Positions 54,269 to 60,989 of a DNA stretch of 62,385 bases are shown here, one piece after another; position 1 is the first letter of the stretch; each line of letters opens with the position of its first letter. The position numbers and the translations under genes are program-made. The notes under the pieces were generated by a model. That model saw nothing but the letters and a program-made list of their open reading frames with translations. It searched no databases and was not told the DNA's origin. This stretch comes from an uncultured Gammaproteobacteria bacterium (GTDB lineage Bacteria; Patescibacteriota; Patescibacteriia; Magasanikbacterales; GWA2-37-8), in the NCBI GenBank assembly GCA_964482695.1, contig CAYZYP010000004.1:1-62385 (forward strand). The letters are read 5' to 3'.

Positions 54269-54763
54269 TTACGAGCCCTTTCGAAACGAAAAATTTTTCA
54301 CCGCTTTTTGTATATCGTCTTCAGCTTGTTTATTTGATTCATAATGAATTACTGTCAAACCAGCTTCTTTGGCCGCATTAATATTTGCTTGCTTGTCATC
54401 TATATACAAAATCTCTTCTGGTTTGAGGTCGATTTTATCAGCAATAATTTTGTATGTTTCGACATCAGTCTTTTTTAGGCCGAGGCGAGCAGCGCTAAAA
54501 ACGCCTTTAAAAATACCTTCCATTTTTGGTTGCAACGCTGGATGTTCTTGAATATACTCTGAAGTAAAAACAAAAACATCAATCTGTTCGCCGATAGTTT
54601 TGTAAAAAGCAAGCAAATTCTGGTTTAATTGGAAGAATTTCCAGAAATCATAGTCACCTTTGGCAGATAGTTCTTTGTGTAACAGATTAAGTCCGCCAGC
54701 ATAATTTTTATCTACTGGTGATAGAATAACTCTAGAAAAGTCACTAACTAATGCTTTTATCAT
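54269..54763 (-). CDS. HAD-superfamily hydrolase
   Basis: Start taken at 'MIKALVSDFSRVIL', because the longer track ORF begins inside a repeat. The C-terminal 'ILYIDDKQANINAA' is HAD motif IV-like. Confidence 0.7.
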   Translation of the reverse strand: MIKALVSDFSRVILSPVDKNYAGGLNLLHKELSAKGDYDFWKFFQLNQNLLAFYKTIGEQIDVFVFTSEYIQEHPALQPKMEGIFKGVFSAARLGLKKTDVETYKIIADKIDLKPEEILYIDDKQANINAAKEAGLTVIHYESNKQAEDDIQKAVKNFSFRKGS

Positions 54764-54770
54764 AAAATTT

Positions 54771-54822
54771 TTCGTTTTGGCGAGGTGCAGAGGGGAACGA
54801 AAGGGGTGAGTGCCACCTGTAG
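54771..54822 (-). repeat. intergenic repeat Y, copy 1
   Basis: TTCGTTTTGGCGAGGTGCAGAGGGGAACGAAAGGGGTGAGTGCCACCTGTAG, directly upstream of the HAD start. Confidence 0.55.
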
Positions 54823-54832
54823 CCATATCGTT

Positions 54833-55927
54833 TTAAATAATTTTATAGCGCGCGCTCCTTCCCAACCCGATTCTTTCAATCTTTTTTAACCTAAGCAAAA
54901 CATCCAACGTTTGTTTTACCGTTGGTCTAGCGATTTTAGTATTTTCCGCAATATCACCTGTGCCGGTTTCTTTTATTTTTTCAATATATTGCCAAACAAT
55001 TAGTTGTTTTTTTGACAGAATTTTTTCTATATTTTCCTTTGACAACAGTTCTACTGCCATTTGTGACTGTTTTAAAACAATATCCAAAAAGAAATCTAGC
55101 CAATCGGTAATATTTTCATTTTCAGTACCAATAGTTTTTTGACTTCGGCGTAAGGCAACATAATAATCTGGTTTGTTGTCTTCCACTAATTTTTCATGAG
55201 AGACATATGGTACATACAAATATCCAGCTTGCAGTAAAAGCATGTTTGTAAGCACGCGAGACAGTCGTCCATTTCCGTCGCTAAAAGGGTGGATCTTTAA
55301 AAATTCAACTAAAAAATTTCCAGTTACCAATAATGGGTGGAATTTATTTTCTAACAATATTTTTTGCGTCCATTCTACCAAATTTTGCATTTGTCCAGGA
55401 GTAAGATATGCCGGCGTGGTGTCAAAAAGAATGCCGACCGACTGACCCGTCTCATCTATCATGTGTACTTTATTTTCACCTTTTTTGTAATCACCACGAT
55501 GTTTTTCGTCTTTATCCACATATTTCAGGAGTTCTTGATGAAAATGTTTAATTGTATTTTCGCTAAGTTTTAAACCCTTCCACGAATTAAAAACATATTC
55601 CAGCAGTTCGTAATATCCTTGCGCTTCTTGTTTATCACGGTTAGTGAATTTTTGAATGTTAATACCGCGCATTAATTTCTCAATATCTTCGTCAGAAAGA
55701 CGAGAACCTTCAATGCGGGTAGAAGCGCCGGTTGAGGTAACCAAAACCGACTTTTTTAACCTGCCCAAAACCTGCGGGCTTAAACGAGCCCCAGTTATCC
55801 ACTGTCCTTTTAATTCATCAATCTTGGCGATTTTAGAGACAATAACAGATGAAATTTGTTCAATCCGCTTGGAAAAGTTGTCTGTGGGTAGGTGTTTTTC
55901 TGTTAGTTTTTGGCTATGTTCAGGCAT
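54833..55927 (-). CDS. Fic-family protein (AMPylase-type) with a C-terminal wHTH
   Basis: 364 aa with the Fic motif 'HPFSDGNGRLSR'. The C-terminal 'TGDIAENTKIARPTVKQTLDVLLRLKKIERIG' is wHTH-like. Confidence 0.9.
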   Translation of the reverse strand: MPEHSQKLTEKHLPTDNFSKRIEQISSVIVSKIAKIDELKGQWITGARLSPQVLGRLKKSVLVTSTGASTRIEGSRLSDEDIEKLMRGINIQKFTNRDKQEAQGYYELLEYVFNSWKGLKLSENTIKHFHQELLKYVDKDEKHRGDYKKGENKVHMIDETGQSVGILFDTTPAYLTPGQMQNLVEWTQKILLENKFHPLLVTGNFLVEFLKIHPFSDGNGRLSRVLTNMLLLQAGYLYVPYVSHEKLVEDNKPDYYVALRRSQKTIGTENENITDWLDFFLDIVLKQSQMAVELLSKENIEKILSKKQLIVWQYIEKIKETGTGDIAENTKIARPTVKQTLDVLLRLKKIERIGLGRSARYKII

Positions 55928-55982
55928 ATTTTTAATTGGATATTTTAACTATGTCCAATTATATCCAATTAGAAGGATTGTG

Positions 55983-56498
55983 TCAATTGCTTAAGGAGTA
56001 TATTTTTTTGGCAATAAAATTATCCGTCTCGCTTCTGGTTTTTAAGCAAATTATTTTATTTTCAAATCCTTTGATTGCTTCTTCAATTTCCGGTCTTTCT
56101 CCACGTTTCCACATGATTTTTAAAAAATTCCAGTCAAATTTTTCAATGCACCCAGCCGCCATTTCCGGTCTGGTTTTACCTCGGCATTTCCACCACCTGT
56201 TTAAACCACCCCAAAATGCCAGCCAACCAGAATAATCCAAGTAAATTATAATATCCGCATTTTCCAATTTACTTTTGGCGGCTGGGTGGATAAACCCTTC
56301 GATAATCCACTTATCTTTTTGGATTACTTCTTCAAGTTTTTGCTCTACTAATTTTTCTTCTATTTCTTTCCAGTTTTCACCCCAAACAAACTCATCATAA
56401 TGGGTGACTGGAATTTTTAAAAAGTTGGAAAATTTTTTTGCCAACCTTGTTTTACCTGTTCCGCTTATTCCGATGATTAAAACTTTGTTTATTGTCAT
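55983..56498 (-). CDS. P-loop NMP-kinase-like protein (adenylate kinase / topology-modulation family)
   Basis: Start taken at 'MTINKVLIIGISGTGKT' (ATG 56498). The upstream part of the track ORF is repeat sequence. Confidence 0.65.
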   Translation of the reverse strand: MTINKVLIIGISGTGKTRLAKKFSNFLKIPVTHYDEFVWGENWKEIEEKLVEQKLEEVIQKDKWIIEGFIHPAAKSKLENADIIIYLDYSGWLAFWGGLNRWWKCRGKTRPEMAAGCIEKFDWNFLKIMWKRGERPEIEEAIKGFENKIICLKTRSETDNFIAKKIYSLSN

Positions 56499-56510
56499 AA
56501 AAAGTTTATT

Positions 56511-56546
56511 ATTTCGTACAACGTTCGCGCATATCTGATGTTTTGC
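56511..56546 (-). repeat. intergenic repeat X, copy 2
   Basis: ATTTCGTACAACGTTCGCGCATATCTGATGTTTTGC. 30 of 36 positions match copy 1 by hand alignment. It lies 12 nt upstream of the kinase start. Confidence 0.6.
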
Positions 56547-56584
56547 GGAGCGTAGCGGAGAAAGTCCACCCCCCCCACTCACAG

Positions 56585-57451
56585 CTATATTTTTCTCGCC
56601 ACACAATTAAATGCTTCCCATTTAGTATTGTGCTTATAGCTAATACTCAATTCAATGACATCATTTTTTGAAACCTGAATATCTTGTTTGATTGGAAATA
56701 CGATAGGAGGCATTAGGCTGTCGGAAAAATTAAAGTTTATTTTTCCATGAACTTGCAAGGGGGAAGTTAACCTCACGCTATTCAGGATGCCATCGGAATT
56801 AACTTGGACTTTGATTTTTTTATTAACAATCGGTGAATTCTGTTTTGCAAGATCAATCTCTTCAAACAAATTTTTTGCTGATAGGATTTTGCTTTTTTTG
56901 ATTCCAGTAAATTCAAAATAGTGTGTTCTTAAATCGATAACATTTTCGAATCTATATTGAGATTGCACTAACTCGATGTAGTTAAAAATTTTCGCGGGTA
57001 ACACAGCGCTATTTTTTTTTGCTAAAAATTTGTTGATGTGATTCATGATTTGAATTTGCGGTTCGGTAACCTGCCATGTGCTTAGATTCTCAGCAATTAC
57101 CACATCAACTCTTTCGTCATCAATATCTTCTATTTTTACTTTTTTAACATCGCTCTCAATTAAGGTAATGATGTTTTGGTACCCTGCTTTTTTAATATTT
57201 TTTCGTGCAAATTTCGCAACTTCCCCGTCTATTTCTACTGCATATACTTTTTTAGCACCTGCTTTGGCTGCGAGTATGCTTAAAATACCCGAACCTGTTC
57301 CGCTTTCCAAAACTCTTTTACCTTTGCATGTAGTGAAAATCGATTTTCTAAATGGCGTTACTCTTTTTTTATCCGAAACCATTTCATAATGGTACGGAAG
57401 GCCTAATGCCTCCGAACTTTTTGGATTGTTGTACTGGATTCTTGATGTCAT
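56585..57451 (-). CDS. class I SAM-dependent methyltransferase with PRMT-like motifs
   Basis: 'VLESGTGSGILSILAAKAGAKKVYAVE' (motif I plus post-I) and 'VDVVIAENL' (the double-E-loop position) resemble protein arginine methyltransferases. Confidence 0.7.
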   Translation of the reverse strand: MTSRIQYNNPKSSEALGLPYHYEMVSDKKRVTPFRKSIFTTCKGKRVLESGTGSGILSILAAKAGAKKVYAVEIDGEVAKFARKNIKKAGYQNIITLIESDVKKVKIEDIDDERVDVVIAENLSTWQVTEPQIQIMNHINKFLAKKNSAVLPAKIFNYIELVQSQYRFENVIDLRTHYFEFTGIKKSKILSAKNLFEEIDLAKQNSPIVNKKIKVQVNSDGILNSVRLTSPLQVHGKINFNFSDSLMPPIVFPIKQDIQVSKNDVIELSISYKHNTKWEAFNCVARKI

Positions 57452-57584
57452 AAGATTTGTTGGTTAATGAATATTTATAAAGTTTATTGTTTATGTGGGT
57501 GGGGGTGTATTGCACATAATGCGATAGTTGATCCGAAGTATGAGGAAATTATATCATAATTTTCTAATATTTCGGATAGCGGGA

Positions 57585-57647
57585 GTTATGCGAAGTCGCG
57601 AAGCGATATGGGTGTAGCGATCAATGGGAGCGAAACCGTATATATGC
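57585..57647 (-). repeat. intergenic repeat Z, copy 1
   Basis: ...GTCGCGAAGCGATATGGGTGTAGCG...GGGAGCGAAACCGTATATATGC. Confidence 0.45.
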
Positions 57648-57703
57648 TTTGTCATATGCTGTTCCGCTCGATTTAATCAGATTATTTCTCTTTATTTCAC
57701 AAT

Positions 57704-58603
57704 CTAATTTGTAATTTTTGATTTAAACAATTTAGTGCTTAAATACTTTTCTCCTCTATCTGGTATTATAACAACTATATTTCCTTTCTTCAACAATCCG
57801 CCTGTTTGGCTGGCTGCAAAAAGGGCTGCTCCTGAACTCATGCCTACAAAAAGCCCTTCTTCTTTGGCGACTTTTCTGGTCATTTCAAACGCCCCTTCTT
57901 TAGAAATATGGAAGTGTTTATCTATTAAGTTGTTGTTATATATGTCGCCACTGAAATCTTTTTGAGGATTTTGCAGCCCTTGAATTTTGTAGCCAGTAGG
58001 AGGAAAGACCCCAATGATTTTTGTTTGAGGTGAATCCTCTTTAAACCTATTTGCAATTCCAATTATTGTACCGGAAGTGCCGATTCCCGCAATTAAATAA
58101 TCAATGTTAGGAACTTCATGTAGTATCTCTGGGGCAATACCTTGATAGTGAGCTTGAACATTGTCTTGATTATTGAACTGATTAGAAAACCAGTATAAAA
58201 GAGGCGAGCTTTTAACTAATCCCTTTGCTTTGGTGATTGCTCCTTCAGTGCCAAATTTTTTGTCTGTTAGTATTAATTTTGCTCCAAGTGCTCTAAGCAT
58301 AGTTTTACGTTCATCGCTCATGCCTTCTGACATGACAATGTGAACTTCATATCCTTTGTTGGCTCCGATCATTGCAAGGGCAATCCCCATGTTACCACTC
58401 GTGGCTTCAAGAATGATCTTGCCTTGTTTAAGCTCGCCTCTTTTTTCAGCTTGTTCAATCATATATAAAGCCGCTCTATCTTTTATCGAGCCACCTGGAT
58501 TTTGCCCCTCCAGTTTTGCAAATAGGTTTATATTCTTATTGCTTAGAATCTTCTCCAATTTGATCATTGGGGTGTTTCCGATTGTTTGTAATAAATTTTT
58601 CAT
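57704..58603 (-). CDS. cysK: cysteine synthase (PLP-dependent, CysK/CysM family)
   Basis: 299 aa with 'NPGGSIKDRAALYMI' (PLP Lys region), 'ATSGNMGIALA' and 'GIGTSGTIIG'. Confidence 0.9.
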   Translation of the reverse strand: MKNLLQTIGNTPMIKLEKILSNKNINLFAKLEGQNPGGSIKDRAALYMIEQAEKRGELKQGKIILEATSGNMGIALAMIGANKGYEVHIVMSEGMSDERKTMLRALGAKLILTDKKFGTEGAITKAKGLVKSSPLLYWFSNQFNNQDNVQAHYQGIAPEILHEVPNIDYLIAGIGTSGTIIGIANRFKEDSPQTKIIGVFPPTGYKIQGLQNPQKDFSGDIYNNNLIDKHFHISKEGAFEMTRKVAKEEGLFVGMSSGAALFAASQTGGLLKKGNIVVIIPDRGEKYLSTKLFKSKITN

Positions 58604-58627
58604 AATGTTTAAGTTAATTGAATAAAT

Positions 58628-58651
58628 AAAAAACCCTCGGTGTTCCGAGAG
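58628..58651 (-). terminator. attenuator terminator in the cysK leader
   Basis: Minus strand reads CTCTCGG-AACA-CCGAGGG followed by T6, about 25 nt before the cysK ATG. Confidence 0.7.
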
Positions 58652-58680
58652 CCTTCTTTGTCTAAATTCTTATGAATTTA

Positions 58681-58767
58681 CTACAAACACAAACAGGCGG
58701 ATCTCGGAACGATTCCAAGATTGCAACAACAATTATTTACCTGATTGTAATTGTTTATGGACTTCAT
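58681..58767 (-). CDS. Cys-rich leader peptide MKSINNYNQVNNCCCNLGIVPRSACLCL
   Basis: 28 codons with 5 Cys, including TGT-TGT-TGC at 58731-58723. The alternative RNA pairings lie immediately downstream. Confidence 0.6.
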   Translation of the reverse strand: MKSINNYNQVNNCCCNLGIVPRSACLCL

Positions 58768-58773
58768 TTTGTT

Positions 58774-58801
58774 ATCTTAACATAAAGTAAAAAAATTGCA
58801 A
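58774..58801 (-). promoter_or_regulatory. promoter of the cysK leader
   Basis: On the minus strand: TTGCAA (58801-58796), 16-nt spacer ending TGT, TAAGAT (58779-58774). Canonical spacing puts +1 at the A of the leader ATG (58767). Confidence 0.5.
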
Positions 58802-58850
58802 ATTTTAAAATCCCAATTATCTTGTTTAGCTGAAATAGTAAGGGCGGGAA

Positions 58851-58885
58851 TGGTATACGATGTGCGCGCGTATGTGATGTCCCGC
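58851..58885 (-). repeat. intergenic repeat X, copy 3 (diverged)
   Basis: TGGTATACGATGTGCGCGCGTATGTGATGTCCCGC. Confidence 0.4.
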
Positions 58886-58940
58886 GAAGCGGGATATGGG
58901 TGGAGGCTTACTGTTGGGGAAGCCGGAACCAGATACACGC
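58871..58940 (-). repeat. intergenic repeat Z, copy 2
   Basis: ...GTCCCGCGAAGCGGGATATGGGTGGAGG...GGGGAAGCCGGAACCAGATACACGC. It shares the blocks CGCGAAGCG, ATATGGGTG, GGGA(A)GC and GAA(A)CC with copy 1. Confidence 0.45.
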
Positions 58941-59018
58941 TGTTAGCTGTTGTATTTGTTTTTCTTTATTACGACCGCAGTCGGAATTACTCGTAAAAAT
59001 AATTCAATTTTGTTTTTT

Positions 59019-59066
59019 GTCGTTTTCGGCAAAGGGGGGGTTAAGGGGTGAATGCCCCCTGAAGCC
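59019..59066 (-). repeat. intergenic repeat Y, copy 2
   Basis: GTCGTTTTCGGCAAAGGGGGGGTTAAGGGGTGAATGCCCCCTGAAGCC. Confidence 0.55.
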
Positions 59067-59112
59067 GTATTATAGCTTAAAATTCGCGTTTTTAAAGGGT
59101 TTTCCACAATCA

Positions 59113-59141
59113 TTGACAACTTGCGATATGTCGTATATAAT
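59113..59141 (+). promoter_or_regulatory. perfect consensus sigma70 promoter, antisense to the surrounding gene orientation
   Basis: TTGACA (59113-59118), exactly 17 nt, TATAAT (59136-59141). Confidence 0.7.
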
Positions 59142-59147
59142 AAGTTC

Positions 59148-59266
59148 AGAAGATAAGTCCTTAGGGTAAAGCTTCGTGGAGGGCGTTCTCTATCAGGAAC
59201 ATCCCGTTGAAACGAAGATATTCCCAAAAGGCTCTTTTACATGAATCCGCTTTACAGCGGGTTTTT
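59148..59266 (+). ncRNA. orphan small RNA (~115 nt)
   Basis: Bounded by the consensus promoter and the terminator ATCCGCT-TTAC-AGCGGGT plus T5 (59245-59266). The body folds as one long irregular hairpin (CCTT/AAGG, GGG/CCC, CTTCGT/ACGAAG, GGG/CCC, GTTC/GAAC). Confidence 0.55.
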
Positions 59267-59400
59267 GATTTGTATTAATCTAAATCCAATATCTTCAAAT
59301 ATGTGGCTTGAATCAGTTTGATATTCTTTGTAGAAAGTATTGGAAACAAAATCGGATTCTTTTTAAGAGCTGGGGCGATAGCCCTAAAAGGAAAACATGT

Positions 59401-59436
59401 ATTTCGTATAACGTCGCCGATATGCGATGTTTTTGC
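59401..59436 (-). repeat. intergenic repeat X, copy 4
   Basis: ATTTCGTATAACGTCGCCGATATGCGATGTTTTTGC. About 29 positions are shared with copy 1. No gene follows it. Confidence 0.55.
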
Positions 59437-59605
59437 GACCAACGGGAGCAAAAATACGGGAGAGGAAAATAGCGATTCCGTTGAAAATATTATTTATCGC
59501 TATTTTCTGAACCGCATATACCGTGTTGTACGATGTAAATTTTTTGTCGTTTTTTATATTTTCCCGTGTCGCCGTCTCGTTATTGTTAATCGCGAACAAA
59601 ATTTT

Positions 59606-59650
59606 TCCGTTTTGGATTTTGGGCAGAGGGGTCAGGGGTGAATGCCCAAA
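59606..59650 (-). repeat. intergenic repeat Y, copy 3
   Basis: TCCGTTTTGGATTTTGGGCAGAGGGGTCAGGGGTGAATGCCCAAA. Confidence 0.55.
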
Positions 59651-59670
59651 AGACAAAATACTTAATTATT

Positions 59671-60975
59671 TTATGTGGCAAACGCAAATAAGCGTTGTTG
59701 TGCAAAAATTGGTTCACAAACTTCTTCCTCAATAATCTCACCTTCTAACATTTTTATGATTGTATCACCAATATAGTACCCAAGATTTACCGGGACAGCA
59801 TTTCCGATTTGTTTATATTGGTGGCCAATAGAACCGGCAAATTCCCAGTCATCTGGAAATGTTTGAATTCGTGCGTATTCTCGAACAGTAAGAGGTCTCG
59901 TCTCGTCAGGATGACACCGTTCAGTCTGTTTTTGAGCAGGACTGCATGTCAAAGTGAGCGATGGTTCGTTCCATGATAATCGTCGTGCCATGCCTGTTTT
60001 ACCACCGCCCATGTAAAAACTGGCACCCATGTATTCTTTTTGTAAATCTTCCGGCAATTCCCTCCAATATCCGCCAGGCGGGATCATTTTCATTATTTTT
60101 TTCTTTTTTTCTGGATATTCTTGACCTGATGATTTTGGGCACTTGTGCAATGCCTCGCGAAGGGGGACAATATAGTCTTTTTCTTTTGGGAATGAAATTG
60201 GGATATTCAGATCTTTTCTAACGCCAATAATTATGAGGCGTTCCCTTTTTTGTGGGATATCTAAATATTGAGATCGCATTACTTTGTATTTTACATTGTA
60301 CCCAAGTTCTTCTAATACCTCAACCATTGTTTTTAATGTTCGTCCATTATCATGATTAAGTAGTCCTTTTACGTTTTCACCGATTGCTATTTTTGGTCTT
60401 ACTTCTTTTACACATCTCGCAAATTCAAAAAATAGCGTACCGCGTATGTCATCAAACCCCATTTTTTTACCAGCGTATGAAAAAGTTTGGCAGGGAAAAC
60501 CTCCCTGAACAATATCTGCTTGTCCTTCTGTAAATTTAAGATTTCTTACATCTCCTTCGATTACATTCCATTCGGGTTTATTTTTTCTAAGAGTTTCGCA
60601 AGCATGTTTATCATATTCGTTGAGCAAAATATGTTGAATACCAGCATTTTCCATTCCGAGTGCCGTACCGCCCGCACCGGCGAATAGTTCAATTGCAGTA
60701 TAGGAAGATGTTTTCTTGTTTTTTAAAATTTTGAATTTACTTTTTTTATCGCCTTGAGTTTTATTTTGTATTCTTTTTATTTCGTCCAAACTAAATATAC
60801 GGTCATTTCTTTCATTTCGAAAAGATCTGATTAATCCTTTTTTATCCCATCTGCGGATGGTATCTATGGAAAGCCCTAATTGAATAGCGACTTCTCCAGC
60901 AGTAATAAATTTAACATTGTTTAGCATATAATAATGATAGGGGATTAACCTATCATTATTATACCAAATAACCAT
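59671..60975 (-). CDS. DNA (cytosine-5)-methyltransferase with an N-terminal MerR/excisionase-type HTH
   Basis: Motifs 'ELFAGAGG' (I), 'GGFPCQTFS' (IV), 'ENVKGLL' (VI), 'QKRERL' (VIII) and 'GNAVPV' (X). N-terminal 'ITAGEVAIQLGLSIDTIRRWDKKGLI'. An alternative start lies at 60927. Confidence 0.9.
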   Translation of the reverse strand: MVIWYNNDRLIPYHYYMLNNVKFITAGEVAIQLGLSIDTIRRWDKKGLIRSFRNERNDRIFSLDEIKRIQNKTQGDKKSKFKILKNKKTSSYTAIELFAGAGGTALGMENAGIQHILLNEYDKHACETLRKNKPEWNVIEGDVRNLKFTEGQADIVQGGFPCQTFSYAGKKMGFDDIRGTLFFEFARCVKEVRPKIAIGENVKGLLNHDNGRTLKTMVEVLEELGYNVKYKVMRSQYLDIPQKRERLIIIGVRKDLNIPISFPKEKDYIVPLREALHKCPKSSGQEYPEKKKKIMKMIPPGGYWRELPEDLQKEYMGASFYMGGGKTGMARRLSWNEPSLTLTCSPAQKQTERCHPDETRPLTVREYARIQTFPDDWEFAGSIGHQYKQIGNAVPVNLGYYIGDTIIKMLEGEIIEEEVCEPIFAQQRLFAFAT

Positions 60976-60989
60976 TGCATAGGCAAAGG

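Noticed and set aside
50443-58603. An integron gene-cassette array (co-directional small genes separated by repeats).
   Set aside because: There is no integrase in the window. The spacers lack attC-type dyads with RYYYAAC/GTTRRRY cores. Several spacers contain their own promoters or operators.
58604-58800. A SAM (S-box) riboswitch or T-box leader upstream of cysK.
   Set aside because: None of the conserved S-box or T-box core sequences (for example AGGGTGGTACCGCG) is visible. The Cys-rich mini-ORF with three-way pairing explains the terminator better.
59148-59266. SRP (4.5S) RNA or 6S RNA identity for the orphan sRNA.
   Set aside because: Although it is a long hairpin, it lacks the GGAA tetraloop and the AGCA/GGUCAGG domain IV motifs of SRP RNA. 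It is too short for 6S RNA.
58800-59670. A CRISPR array as the explanation for the repeated sequences in the gene-less region.
   Set aside because: The repeats are 35-60 nt, imperfect, of at least three different kinds, and irregularly spaced (about 160-590 nt). There are no cas genes in the window.
58796-59735. Several 66-107-aa ORFs on both strands in the 1-kb spacer (58943-59227 -, 59384-59656 -, 59318-59641 +, 58900-59169 +).
   Set aside because: They start or pass through the X/Y repeats ('GGIHPLTPPLPK' and 'GHSPLTPLPK' are translations of repeat Y). They overlap each other and the sRNA unit, and they have no family motifs.
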